The notes: generated by a model from the sequence alone, not told the origin. Positions 1 to 13,440 are shown, numbered from the stretch's first letter. The stretch: DNA of 64,000 nt from Felis catus (GCF_018350175.1 NC_058368.1:125924001-125988000); one strand, 5' to 3'. Made by a program: numbers and translations.

Positions 1-3000
1 TCCTTTCAAAGTGACTTTTGAAAATTTGCTAAACACAGAATAATAGTATTTGGCTAAACTTAAAAGCGGAAGAAATAACTAGTTTTTTTCATCTAAAACT
101 TTAATAAGTTAAATATTTATATCTTAAACAAAAGTAAACCTCTGAATGTTCTTTTCTCAGCAAAAAAAAAAAAAATCACTCTCAAGGGTACCATAAAAAT
201 TTCATTAACACAGCATTGTACTATATGAAATCTATTTATTTTAGTGTTCTTTCCTTAATTTTTCTCCAAATATTTCCATTTTCTTTACCCTAGCTCCCTA
301 AGAAAATTCTGGAGAAGACTCTGGTGTCCTCTAAGTATGGAGTTTTCACCATATGGAAAAGAAATAGTAAAATCCATCACCAAAATGATGGATTCCTTGA
401 AAACATCCTTGCGAGTCAAGGTAATCTGATTCAGTGCAAATTGCACCAAGGGATGAGTAAAGAATGAGTGACTTACCCAGCTCACTGAACCAAACCACTA
501 GAGGCCATTCTGTTTCATACATTCCACACAGACGTACACATATTTCTCAAAGGGGTGGCCACCCAAACTGAGGTTTCAGAATTTCATATAATTTCACTTT
601 TGCTTATATATCCAGAATTTTGTTGGTAAAAACAAAACCATATGAGTGACCAATAATCATGAACGAAAGATGTTTCTGCAGATTTTTTTTTTTTTAATTT
701 TCGAAGTCCTGGTTCCATTTTAATTCTGCGAACAAAACAAAACAAAACACCGACTTCATGGAAGGGTGACATGTTTTATACCCTTTTGGCAATAATTTCA
801 CTTTCTATCTGGGGAAATTTTCAAGCAGTGAACTTGTATTGAGTATCAGTTATATGAATAAGGAATTTGAAAAGAGCTTTTCCTTTCTGGAACAGAAAAG
901 GGGATCTCTATCAAACTTCTGTGTGTGTATGTGTGTGTGTGTGATGTGGGTACACATGTATGCATATGTGTGTGCAAATATGTTGTTTTGAGGGATGAAG
1001 GAGATCAGCCTTATGATCTTTCATATTGAAGGTAAGCTTTACTAGGCTGTGTCCTCTCCCCTTAATTATCCTGTAGTCTTCAAGGAGGTTTCTTGAGATA
1101 AAAATAGGTGCTCATGCTCAACTTTCCTCTTGACACATGAAACTAAACATTTGTTTTAAAAATCCTAGCCCCTCCATGATTGTACTCAACTGCAAGAAGT
1201 AGAAGAACATCAGAAATGTGGCCTCTTCCACATCTCCTGCACAGGTATTGGATTGGCCAGACCAAAAGTGGAGATCGTGACTCCTGGTATACTATGCTAT
1301 TTTTCCCGGTGGGCATTGTCTTACGTGTTTTTCACAATTAGAGATGGCAACCTCTCCCTCTGAAGGGTGGTACCCTCTTCAGGTGCTACCTATACAGTCC
1401 ACATGGTGTTTTCTGCTTATTTTTCCTTCCAAATGCAGAAGCAAAAGAAGAGGGGTAAATAACAATGGAACATATGAAATTAAGGACAATACCTTTTTAG
1501 TAGAACCTTTTTAGGTTCTCTGAACTGAGTGTGAATTATACTATTTCTGCCACCTAAATCCCTGGGAAACCTGCAAAATGAAGAGATAGAACATGCTGAC
1601 AATGGAGGCCAAGGTTTTCACCACAGAAGGGTCTCATGTGTCAGGGCTTACCCTGTTTACTGTAACCATTCTCTTGTCCTCTGATTTCCTTCCTAGTTTT
1701 GTCTTCCATACTCTGCCTACCTTATGATCATAAAGCTGCTAGTTACTGCACAAGTAAGGGAGGTGCTGAGGTTAATGATGATAAAGAAAGATGTGGTTAT
1801 ACTTGTAACTGAAGGAATGAAATATGTATACGCACTTCATTTTTACACCAGCATGATACAAGTACATCCCTGTATTTTATGTCTTACTGCATGACAAATA
1901 TAAGTTTGAATGTATTTCTCCTTCTTTCATTTCTACAAGACATTTGTCTCACTCCTTGGCGTTGATGGATCTTTTGGGAGGAAATGTTCTTTCTTCCTAG
2001 TCTCCAATTTAATCCACTAGTCTTTGCTCAGAGGATGTGTGAGAGTCCCTGTGGTGGAAAGTACAATGCCAGAAGCTTGAGGCTACTCCCTGCATTTCAG
2101 AATTATCCCTCCATAAATGGACACATAATGGTGAAACACCACCCTCACACATTAAGTGGACTTTAGAAGGGTGATTTTACAATGCGTGTCCCTGTTTGTC
2201 TAACTTATTAATGAATCCACTCCTTACAACTTCAAATTATGGAAATCCAGGGAGAATTATATAATAATAGAGTGGTCTTAATATGAATTATGCCAGTTTT
2301 AATACTTTCTACTTTGTCTACAGTAAAAGCCTTGACAGTTTCAATTAAGGGAAACTGCTTGACCAATAATCAGATTACCAGGCATGAAAAATGTAGAAGG
2401 TGTTATAAGAAAACATTTCATTATAATGGATTTTGATAGTCATTGTTTGGGGCTGTTCACAAAGTCTTCCCATTACTATTTTTTAAAAAATGTAACTGTA
2501 CTTTGCTTATTCCTGACTACCCACCCCTAGTAATCAACTTCTTAGTCCCCAGCACAGAGGTAGGAAGTGACCCAGGCCTGAACCATTTCATTGCTCTGTA
2601 CTTGGATTGGTCCAGCAAGAGGCATGGTATTCAAACCCAGCAATCAGAGAGACTTGCTATTAAGTTCCTTATTTCTGATAGTAGGAATATTTTTGCCTCC
2701 TTAATTATACACAAGAAAGGTATGAGGTTGGAGCTTCTTGGAGTCAACATCTCTATCATATTGAGAAGGCCTGCCTTAAGTAAGAAAGAATGAAGCTAAA
2801 CAGATACAACATCAACCTTCTATTTTGCTCAGAAAAGCTAAGTCTTTCAAGTACGGCCCTCACTTGCTTAAACAGGCAATAAATGAAACTCTTTCTTTCA
2901 AATATTGAGTGGAGACCTCTTTCTTTGATGGAAAGAATAAGAATACTGCTGGAAAAGTATTAGGATGTGCAAGCTAACAAAAATCTTATAACTCCTGGCT

Positions 3001-3194
3001 CATAGATGTTACTTGACTTTTGTGGTTATGGGTCTTTTGTTTTGTCTTAAACACTCTCTTCTCCCTTTGGCTTATTTTAACATACAAATGCTTTTGTTGA
3101 GGAGGTAACTCCTTAATTCTTAAACTTACATGTAACTCAGTAAATCAAATAACTTACATCCTCAATGAAAGGAGCATGTTGAGGTTGAGGTAGA

Positions 3195-3595
3195 CAGTGT
3201 ATTGTGGTAGACAAATCATGGGCTTGGAAAGTGTACAGTCGTCCCATCTATAAATTATATGGTGCTGAAACCATCCCCTGATGTTTCTAAACCTCACCTG
3301 TATAAAGCAGTAGTAAAATCTGACTCAGAAAGTTACTATGAGGGTCAGTAACAAGGAAAGAATGTGAAGTCTAAGACACCTGAATGGTGATCCTAATTTA
3401 CTTGATTGATCCTCACTTACTAGATAGAATAGTCTTGGGGAAGCTATTTCCCTCCATGACACTTGAGCTCCTGATGAGTAAAGTGCATATTAACCCTCAC
3501 TTCATAGATTTGTTGTACGTTCATAATGAGGTAATATGGAAAAAATACCTAGTGCTGGGCCTGCTCTATAGTAGGTATGCAACCAATACTATTCT
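3195..3595 (+). mobile_element. Two adjacent MIR fragments
   Basis: ctgtataaagcag...atgagggt and tcttggggaagctatttccctc...tagtgctgggc...tagtaggt. Confidence 0.45.
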
Positions 3596-3736
3596 AGTTT
3601 TGTTAAGATCTATAAATAATTGGGCACTGTGACTCAAACACATTAGATGTCCAATGAATATTCACTTGCACATCCTCCTCCCGTTCTTAATCTCTGAGTG
3701 TTGGGAAGGAGCAGGCATTGAATAGAGTCAAAGAGT

Positions 3737-4174
3737 TAGTGCTGTGCTGAAGCTGGCCTGTATCAGCCTGTGAGGACCCACTGTTAACTTTTGAAGAATG
3801 TCGTGAGCCAGTTTCATTACATAAACACACCGTTACTAAGAATTAAATTATATAAACCTACAATTAAATTAGTTACAGTAAAAACAAAAGGAATAACTGC
3901 TAAAAACTCATTCCCTTCCAATTATTTTATGATATTTTACATTATTTGTGTTTTTGAGGTTATTTACATCGGTGTCTGTATGGGGGAAATATAATGGTGT
4001 GTTACTGCAAAGCTATTCTAATTCCATATTCAGTAACATCATGTCAGTGGTTTGAATTCAGCCACGTTGGCAGTGTTTACACCTTGGAAATCATCACATG
4101 CTATAAATCAGATGACTTCCCACCTGTTCCCCACCAAGAGAGCCAGTAGTTAAATATGCACTAGCACATCACTG
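3737..4174 (+). mobile_element. MER63-like hAT DNA transposon fossil
   Basis: Degenerate TIRs tagtgctgtgctg ... tagcacatcactg; internal gtgtttacaccttggaaatc...aaatcag resembles the recalled MER63B consensus. Confidence 0.75.
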
Positions 4175-5917
4175 GAAAGAACATCCACTGAGTACCAAAG
4201 GATGAGACTTTTCTGCTGATGGAACTTCTAAGTCTGCATCAGGCTGCTTTTGATTCTGAAATGACAGTGTTATTTGGTAGAAAGTTTCCAACCTTTGAAA
4301 AAGTGGTATTTTAAATATAAGGAATAGAGGTTATACCTGGTTCTGATAAAGTGGGTTTGCGTGGGCTGCACAATTTGAGCACCAGTTCCTATGTGTCATT
4401 GAGGAATGAGATCACAGTAGCAAGGAAAAAGCCATCAGAGGATGTCTCAGTCATCTTTTGCTTTATTCTGACAAGCAAGAAAGGTAGATGAAAAAAATTT
4501 TTTACCCTTTAAAATAAGCTAGATTTTCTAAATAAAGACTTGGATAATTAGAGCTGAAAATAGTTGTAATTTTAAAATGAGAGGAACAATAGGACTCTGT
4601 TTTTGTCTTTCAGTTGCTGCATTAAAAAAAAATCCTCCCCAATGAAAGAGAAGATAAAGAAGAAAAGAGGAAAAGAGAAGAGGGACAAAGAGAATCACTT
4701 CCAGGTCAGTAATAGTTAAGAGCAAAGGCATTCAAGTCCCTGTTAAGTCATATGTTAGGACTTGTAGATTATTGACAAAAAGAATCATGGATTGTCCTTA
4801 GTTAAATATATTCTTAGAGCTAGTTACATAATTCAAGGTGTCCACCAGAATTGTAGTAAGACACATATAATGTTATAAGAACAGGCATTTTCTACATAAT
4901 GAACTATTATTCTTCTAGCTTAAAAAGTTAGACCCAAATATTAAAAATAATAATAATAAAAAAAAACCCACAAAGACACATACAGTCTATGTTCCACACT
5001 GATCAAATAAAGTCATTTCTTTTTCACCTTCCTGAACTGAAATGTATGTTACAAGCCCATCATAGTATGAAGCAGACTCTCCTTCATGTTGACATGTTAG
5101 ATGATGGACATACCAAGTGGTACCTAATGAAAAGCGGCCACCTTTCCAGATTATTGATTTCTGAGGCCTGGGGACATGGTGAAAATGGACACATTCTATG
5201 TGCCACATTATCTTACTGGCTATTTCAAAAGCACACCTGTGCTGTCCATATAGTCTTGCTTACATCTCTAATAGAACTGTCATTCTATATAGTGAGAGAA
5301 GTGTTTTCAGGGTGATGCTAGCTTTCATGGAAATTTCCAATGAAATTTCAATGAGTGGTATAAACAGTTCAGATTGTCATTCTGAGAAAAAGTCAAATGC
5401 CAATTAAACATTTACGGCCTCCCGATTCTCTTCAAAAATGTTAATCAGCTACACACCAAAGATATTTCCATACTCATGGCGGACATAAAATTTATAGTTT
5501 TAGTATGTTGTGTTGTTGATAGCCTGACAGTCTTTATTACTATAGCTGTGCTGGTATAGAAGTTTGCTAAGCTTCATAATTAAATACACTTTTAGGTTCA
5601 ATATTGAAGGATATTGAAGAAATCTCAAGATAACATTTATTTTCATGAAAACCTGTTATATGCTTTCCAACTGTTTTCATTTATGCTGTAGTCTTATACT
5701 CAACATTATTACCTTCTGTTTTGACATATATACTTGTTCATGAATCTCTTTGTAACTCTATCAGTGGGGGACACCCTGACTCTAAAGATTAAGTATATTC
5801 TATTTGGTTGTTCAGAGATTTCCACTGTCATGATCACCTGTGGTTCTGAGTTCTTGGGTCTTCTGAATTAATACCATTGATAGAGTATCTCGCTCTAGCA
5901 GCATAGTTTTTTTTCCT

Positions 5918-5919
<2 letters not shown>

Positions 5920-5970
<51 letters not shown>
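5920..5970. repeat. (CA)n microsatellite
   Basis: About 19 uninterrupted CA units plus a short interrupted extension. Confidence 0.97.
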
Positions 5971-5971
<1 letters not shown>

Positions 5972-6689
5972 GATGTACAAATAAGTGGGGGTAGCAGACT
6001 GGACTGAAAGTTTGGGAGAGGAGGGTAGGACCTGATGTTGAGACTCATAAACAGAAATCACTTAAAACTGAATCTTAGATATCCCTACAATCAAAAATCC
6101 TGTAACATACTATGTTATTTGAGTATCCTCTTTCTCTTATCTTTCCTGTCCTTTTCCTTCTCTTCTTTGCTCTTTTCACTACCAATTCTGATTTTTTTTC
6201 TAATACAGCAGCATTTAGGTCTCCCTCTTGATATCTGGCCTTCTACTGACCTGCCTTTTGCCCCAAACACCTTATGAAAGTGTCCCTTTCTGAAAAACAC
6301 CCTATTACATCTTTAAGAGAACTTGTGGCTCTAGCTGTTCTCATAATGACTTTTAACCCTACCATATAAGCATAAATCAATCATACAAAGTCAATAAATA
6401 GCTGAAAATGAGTTGTATGAACAGAGTTCTATAAATTAGCCCCACTTCTATGTGTACATCAACACTTGTTCTTTTGTGTCAAAATAGCCATATGCAGTAC
6501 ATTTGTTCATAAAAAATGCTTACGAATGTCCATAGATGTTTAGTTCCATGGAATATTGCTGGGCCATATGGTTCCTTCACCACTCTCTCCTACCACCTTG
6601 CTTTCCTTCTTGTGAATATCTGGAATGGAGGAAAAATCAGAACTAGAATTACTTTGAGACGTGTATTTAACAAAACCACTGTAAATGCA

Positions 6690-6895
6690 ATCATTGCGCA
6701 GAGCGTGGGCTTCAAAGTTAAACACATCTGCAGTTGAATTTTCACTCTGCCATTGACTTAGCTATCTTACCATGATGACTCCAAAATTGGTGTTAAAGTA
6801 CCAAACTCAAAAGATTGTATGAAAAATTAAGAACAAAAATGAAGTAAAATTATTAGCATTTTACCTGGCATACAGTGTTTAATAATTATCAGCTA
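6690..6895 (+). mobile_element. MIR fragment
   Basis: gagcgtgggctt...ctctgccattgacttagct...cctggcatacagt. Confidence 0.5.
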
Positions 6896-6965
6896 TTTTA
6901 TTTTTATTTTCCCAATTTTATTAAACTTAATTTATTTGTACTTTATTAAAATATAAAGAATGATA

Positions 6966-7136
6966 GGGGTACCTGGGTGGCTCACTCTGTTAAACATCTG
7001 ACCCTTGATTTCAGCTCAGGTCATGATCTTGAAATTTGTGAGATCGAGCCCCATGTGGTGTTCTGCCCTGATAGTGCCAAGCCTGCTTGGGATTCTCTCT
7101 TTCTCCCTCTCTCTCTCTCTGCCCTCCCCCAGTTAC

Positions 7137-7175
<39 letters not shown>

Positions 7176-7203
7176 ATAAAGAAATAAATAAACATTTAAA
7201 AAG
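6966..7203 (+). mobile_element. Can-SINE
   Basis: ggggtacctgggtggctca head, (CT)n, aataaa tail, degenerate TSD tat.aag.atgata. Confidence 0.9.
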
Positions 7204-7609
7204 ACGTATCAAGCATGATAGGGATCAGCCACCTAGAGGCAGAGAGAATTCCTCTGAGCCCTCTCCCTGTGAAAACAGTTGGGTCTATCTGCAGCATTCA
7301 TGCTTTAGTTCTCATATGAGCCTGGAGATTTGGGAGATTTGGGGTGACTTTGCTCCTTTGCATTGTATATCAGCTTTCTATACACTGTTCTATACACTTT
7401 CTATATGCTGGATCTCAGAAGTATCCAGGAATTTCTTTTATCTACCACCTTAGGTAAATCATGGTTCTCCTTTGGGAAGATGCCTTCATCGCAAACCTGC
7501 ACTGATCCACCTTTCATAGTTACTTCAGGTGTGCGATGATGGGGTTGTAGTTCTCTTCACTTCCTAGTACCTCCTCTCTAGTTGCTAAATCATAGATAAT
7601 AAATATTCT

Positions 7610-7850
7610 TATTTTAAATGTTAATTTATTTATTTTGAGAGAAAGAGAGAGAGAGACAGAGAGACAGAGAGACAGAGAGACAGAGAGAATGAGCAGTGGA
7701 GGGGCAGAAAGAAGGCAGAGAGAGAATGCCAGGCAGGCTCCATGCTGTCAGTGCAGAGCCCAACACGGGGCTCAATCTCACAACCTCAAGATCATGACCT
7801 GGGCCAATATCAAGTCACACACTTAACAGGCTGAGGAACCCAGGTGCCCC
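7610..7850 (-). mobile_element. Can-SINE
   Basis: Ends caggtgcccc on +, (GA)n tract, TSD taataaatatt. Confidence 0.9.
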
Positions 7851-8385
7851 AGTAATAAATATTATTTTTAGTACTCCCTGCCGAATTCTTATTGGCCCCA
7901 TGTTTTGTCCAGAGTCCAGTAATGAACTCTCACACATAATGAGGCTGAAAGTCCACTAGCCCCAGAAATTCATTTGCTTTTCTCACCTATGGAGTACCTG
8001 GTGTAGTGGGATCTCCACATACATGTGATGTGAAAAAGAGAGTAATATTTATGATTTTCTGATACCTACCATTCTGGGGTTCTCTCCCTCCTTGAGGGGA
8101 CGTCTTTTCACCTCCCCCATTTCATCCTCCCTGACTTCATGCACCCATGCAAGCTGGGAAGCTCAGTTTGCTTCTTTATCTTCAATTCCCTCTGTGCCAT
8201 TGCTAGATTTGAGTGATTAAAAGACTCACTCATGGAAAAGTAGAAATCACTGTGTACATTGTAAACTTTACTACTGAATCAGTCCTTTACTTATAATCTT
8301 AATAGCTATATTAAACAAACAGGTTTTGAAAACTATTTATTGTCTAAACAATGGGAAATTAAGCTCTTAAGAATGATTTTTCTTA

Positions 8386-8601
8386 GGATGCCTGAGTGGC
8401 TCAGTCAGTTGACCATCCGTCTTCGGCTCAAGTAATGATCTCATAGCCCATAGGTTCGAACCCCACATTGGGCTCTATGCTGTCAGCTCAGAGCCTGGAG
8501 CCTGCTTCGGTTTCTGTGTCTCCCTCTTTCTCTGCTCTTCCCCCACTTGTGCTCTCTATCTTTATCTCAATAATAAGTAAACATTCTTAAAAATTTTTAA
8601 A
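8386..8601 (+). mobile_element. Can-SINE (felid type)
   Basis: gcctgagtggctcagtcagtt...ctcagagcctggagcctg. TSD aagaatgatttt. Confidence 0.9.
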
Positions 8602-8948
8602 AAGAATGATTTTCCTCTCTTCTGAAGCCTTTTATTTACATCTCCAGTGCAGTGCTGATGACTTATTACAATAATCATTAATATGTGTTTACTGGTTTTA
8701 TTCCCCACTTCTACATGACATTCTCCTTAAGGACAGTAACCACATCTTCTAAATGATAATAAGTAGAATGACAATAATGTTGATGATAATAGCAGCTTCC
8801 AACTATTGAGCACCTACCATACAAATTCCAAAATAACTCTGGCAAGTAGCTATCTAAATTATCTTTTTATAGATGAGGAAACTGAAATGCAGATGAGTCA
8901 AGGATTCGTTCCAGTAAATTCAACATTGATGTTGAAATTCAGGTTCTT

Positions 8949-9153
8949 GGGGTGCCTGTGGGACTTGGTTCATTGGGTGTCCAACTCTTGATTTGACCTC
9001 AGGTCATGATCTCACAATCTGTGGGTGCAAGCCCTATATTGGGCTCTGCGCTGATGGCATGAAGCCTGCTTGGGATTCTCTTCCCCTCTCCCTGCCCTTT
9101 CCTTGCTTGTGTGCACTCTCTTTCTCAAAATAAATAAATAAAAATTAAAAAAA
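8949..9153 (+). mobile_element. Can-SINE
   Basis: ggggtgcctg head, aggtcatgatctcac. TSD gaaattca..ttctt. Confidence 0.88.
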
Positions 9154-9264
9154 GAAATTCATATTCTTTTTATTGTTTCCACATTATCTCTTTTCTACCC
9201 ATGGGACAGCAACCAGTATCTGATCGGAATTCAAGAATTCTACAGTCAAAAGGATATCAGGAAT

Positions 9265-9466
9265 GGGGCACCTGGGTGGCTCAGTTGGTTAAGTATCTGA
9301 CTCTTGGTTTTGGCTCAGGTCATGGTCTCACGGTTTGTGGGTTCAAGCTCTGTGTCAGGCTCCACACTGATGGCGCAGAGTCTGCTTGGGATTCTCTGTC
9401 TCCCTCTCTATCTCTGCCCTTCCCCTGCTGGTGTTCTCTCTCTCAAAAATAAATTAACCCTAAAAA
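9265..9466 (+). mobile_element. Can-SINE
   Basis: ggggcacctgggtggctcagttggttaag. TSD aaaaggatat. Confidence 0.9.
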
Positions 9467-10383
9467 AAGGATATAATGAAATCTGAGCATGGGGTAGGGA
9501 ATTCTTCTTATTTAGAAACAAGGCAAAGAAGTGGGGTGGGAGAGCATACCTTTTAAAATAATATCAGTGCATTAAAAGGATACAAAATTCTAACAAATAC
9601 TTTTTGCCTATTCCAATTTTTTTCTTTATTTTTAAAGTTTGTTTGTATTCTTTGTGTTTTTTAAATTTATGTCCAGCATTTTTATGTCAACAGTAATTAT
9701 ATCAACATTAATTATATAGTGTGTCAGCTTGATATGATACTCAGGATCCAATTTAATTGAAAATACTGAATATTTATATATTCAGTACACATATACATAC
9801 CTTTCTTGTTTTATGTTATTAGATATCATTAGTTTGCTTATATATATGCTTATATATTAAGATTTTACTCATATATATTAGGTATGCTTAGTGAATAAAG
9901 TTATTGAAGGAACAATAATGGTAAACACCTTCAACTGTGTAGCAAGGTAATGAGGTTTGTTTTTGCTTATTAAGGGAAAGAGAGAGAAAATTTGTTTTCA
10001 CATTAAGTGTGAAGTCAACCCAGATGTGCAAGAGCATAGAGAAGGGCAAAAGTCTAGTGTGTAGATGTTGGAGAAGTAAAAATCTTGCCAACAAAGAGAG
10101 ACCTCTCCAGAACCACTACGGAAAGATACCTGATTTATTATTAAGTTAATATAACAGAGTCCTTGCCTGTAGGAAGCCCTCAAGAGACTACAAAGTCACC
10201 ATAAAATTTCACGCAATTTATATAGCAAAGCAGATACAAAGTTCATTGGGAACTGAGGTAGGCATTTACTTAGTTAATTGTTCTCTTCTAAAAGAATAAT
10301 ATAACTTATTTCCTCAAGAGACAAAGGGTTATATTGTGAGAAACTCCTGAGCTAATTCTGAGGCTATGTGTTTATATTTCCAG

Positions 10384-10541
10384 GGGTTATGAGGCTCCAG
10401 ACCTTAGAGAAATCTCTTTATTATGAAACCGAAGACTGGGCATATCTGGCCCCAGGAGAGATTCACTTACTTGCTAAAGGCCAGCTATATCTTCAAGGAG
10501 ATCCTCTCCAGGGGGAAGAACAGATAAAAGGGGAAGTGGAG
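10384..10541 (+). other. Candidate exon, 158 nt with one open frame; host gene unknown
   Basis: gctaat branch motif, tttatatttccag| acceptor, GAG|gtaatt donor; non-repetitive sequence. Confidence 0.25.
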
Positions 10542-10930
10542 GTAATTGTCATTGTTGACCCTGTTTTTATCCATAGTTCATGAATCATCACTGGAACACA
10601 CAATGATGCTGAACGTTGTCTCCAGCCTTAGGACTTTTGTTCAAGCAAGCTCAGTTTTGATGGGCTTTTTTGTATGATCATTTTTTAAAGAAGTATGTGA
10701 ATCTTTTATTGTCAAATAATACTGATGAAAAAATAGACTTGTTTTTCTCCTTGTTAAAAGGAGAAGTAAATGGGTTGGTAAAGCTGTTCTTTACCTACTT
10801 ACTATATAATCTGCCCTTAGAGCAGAGTTGATTCTCAAGAGAAATATTTTTGCTTTGTGTTGGGCTTATATTCTTAATTATTGGAAGAAAAAAAAGCATA
10901 AGTTTCTCACTTTTAAAAGAAGCTAGGATT

Positions 10931-11140
10931 GGGGTGCCTGGGTGGCTCAGTCGGTTGAATGTCTGACTTCAACTAAGGTCATGATCTCATGATTTGTAGG
11001 TTCAAGCCCCGCTTCGGGCTCTGTGCTGACAGCTCAGAGCCTGGAGCCCGCTTCAGATTCTGTCTCCCTTTCTCTCTTCCCCTCCCCCACTCACACTCTT
11101 GTCTGTCTCGAAAATAAACTTTAAAAAAAACTTTTTTTAA
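10931..11140 (+). mobile_element. Can-SINE (felid type)
   Basis: ggggtgcctgggtggctcagtcggtt. TSD agaagctaggatt. Confidence 0.92.
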
Positions 11141-11217
11141 ATGGAAGAAGCTAGGATTATCTATAATTGTGTTACTTTTTCTATGTGTATTTTAACATAT
11201 TGTATTGTCATTTTATT

Positions 11218-11428
11218 TTCTTTTAAGTTCATTTATTTATTTTGAGAGAGAGAAAGAGAGAGAGAGCATAAGAAAGAGAGAGAGGAGAGAGAGAATCCCA
11301 AGCAGGCTCCACACTGTTAGCGCAGAACCCGACAGGGGGCTGGAACTCACAAACCATGAGATCATGACCAAAACTGAAATCAAAAGTCAGATGCTTAACC
11401 TACTAAGTCCCTCAGTCCCCTAGCCCCC
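11218..11428 (-). mobile_element. Can-SINE
   Basis: gagaatcccaagcaggctcc...gagatcatgacc. TSD tgtattgtca.ttta. Confidence 0.88.
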
Positions 11429-11550
11429 TGAACTGTATTGTCACTTTAACGGGTAATTAAACTACACCATTTATTGTTATCAGGCACCCATCCTTTTATC
11501 ACAACCAAGTGACCAAATGTCCTCTCATAATCATTTTCATTTTGCCTTTT

Positions 11551-11783
11551 TTTAAAAAATTTTTAAAAATGTTTTTATTTATTTTTGAGACAGAGAGAGG
11601 CAGAGAATGAGCGGAGGGGCAGAGAGAGAGGGAGACACAGAATCCAAAGCAGGCTCCAGGCTCTGAGCCGTCAGCACAGAGCCTGATGTAGGGCTCGAAC
11701 TCACCGACTCGATCTCACCGACTGTGAGATCATGACCTGAGCTGAAGTAGGACACTTAACCGACTGAGCCACCCAGGCACCCC
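11551..11783 (-). mobile_element. Can-SINE (felid type), downstream unit of a tandem pair
   Basis: ctgagccacccaggcacccc end on +; internal 14-bp duplication at 11694-11721. Confidence 0.92.
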
Positions 11784-11785
11784 CC

Positions 11786-11995
11786 CTTTTTTTTAACATT
11801 TATTCATTTTTGAGAGAGAAAGAGAGAGTGTGCAAACAAGCGAGGGGCAGAGAGAGGGAGACACAGAATCTGAAGCAGGCTTCAGGCTCTGAGCTGTCAG
11901 TACAGATCCCGACTCAGAACTTGAACTCACAAGTCGTGGGATCATGACCTGAGCAGAAGTTGGACACTTAACTGACTAAGCCACCAGGCTCCCCT
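11786..11995 (-). mobile_element. Can-SINE (felid type), upstream unit of a tandem pair
   Basis: gagacacagaatctgaagcaggc...gccaccaggctcccc. Outer TSD attttgccttt brackets both units. Confidence 0.9.
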
Positions 11996-12747
11996 GATTT
12001 TGCCTTTCTAACGTCATACCCCAAATTCAGCAGAACAAGAATTAGTTACATAAAACTGAATGAACTGATGAAGGAAATTAAATGTGATTATTTTCAGGCA
12101 TTATTGTTAATGTTTTAATGTTCTATTTTCTGATTGGTATATAAGGAAGCACTTTGCCTTCTTATTGCTTATTCTCAATTTAATAGACTATGCTTTTGTA
12201 ACTAAGTGAAGCATTTAAAAAATTGTATCTGATTCTCACCAATTCCTCAGAATTCTGAAGCAAATACTTTTACTGGGTCTTATTACTTTTTATGGCAATA
12301 TATTTACTTGCATGAGTTCCATAAGTATCTATTCTCCTAATTACCAGGATATAGACAAGTTGACTTTGCAAGTGCTTTGGTTCGTGTGCCATATTAGAGA
12401 GAACACACATTTAATAGGCTATGAGAAGCCCACCATGAATGGGGCACAGATTGACTTTACATAAGAAGTCAATGCCTACAATGTCCTCTGAGGAATATGG
12501 GCTTGATACCTGGCTTACAGGGCTCCAGCTTGATGAAGCCAGTTGATGAAGACAGTCACTTCTTAAAAGGCCAAGGATCTTAGCTTACTTTAGTAACTTT
12601 AAGGAAAGAGAAATTCATATAAATTTATATGTGCAGCAGGTGAGGAAAATTTCTTGGGCTTGGTTTCCTGTCTTTGGGTAGAAGATTAAATAATTAGAAG
12701 TGTTTAAAAGTCAAATCTAAGATTCCTTATAAAAATTTCCAGGAAGA

Positions 12748-12940
12748 GGGGCCCCTGGGTGGCTCAGTTGGTTAAGCATCTGACTCTTGATTTCAGTTCA
12801 CTTCATGATCTCGCTGTTCATGAGATTAGGCCGTGTGTCAGGCTCTCCCCTGACAGTGTGCAGCCTGCTTGCAATTCTTTGTCTCCCTCTCTTTCTCTGC
12901 CCCTCTCCTCCACTCCTCTCTCTTAAAATAAATAGAAATT
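12748..12940 (+). mobile_element. Can-SINE
   Basis: ggggcccctgggtggctcagttggttaagc. TSD aaaaatttcc..gaaga. Confidence 0.9.
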
Positions 12941-13440
12941 TTAAAAAATTTCCCAGAAGAAGTTAATTCTCTGAGCTCAATACTTGCTCGATACCCAATA
13001 GCTCTAGATTTGCTGAGCAGGCTCAAGGAGGCTCATGGAGGCTCATGGGAGTAATTAATCTTCTTACTCTGCATCTATAAATTATCAAGCCAAAATATGA
13101 GACCAACCTTTTCTAGTGCAATCAGGAATACTCTTTGCCAATTATTTATAGCCCAAATGGGAGAGTATTATAAAATATTATCCAAAACCTAGATATAATT
13201 CAAAATTCAGGGGAGGCCTATTCTTCTTACTCGAATCCTGTTTAACAAGCTTATCGTTTGATTATTTAACTCTCTAGGAGCATATACTTGTATTTAACTT
13301 GTTGTTTACTATTTCATTTGCACCAGAAACATGTTCAATTTTATATTTATGTCCAATATGAAAGATCACCTAAACAGTTATGGTGTCTTCGCCCTATAGG
13401 ACATTAAGTGTTTTTATTATTATTATTTAATTCAATCATC

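Noticed and set aside
4987..5407. Overlapping 69-108 aa ORFs as a possible processed pseudogene
   Set aside because: No recognisable protein similarity, poly(A) tail or TSD.
6977..7453. 158-aa ORF and similar ORFs containing WVAQSVK, QVMIS or RERERE
   Set aside because: Translations of Can-SINE bodies and (CT)n/(GA)n tracts.
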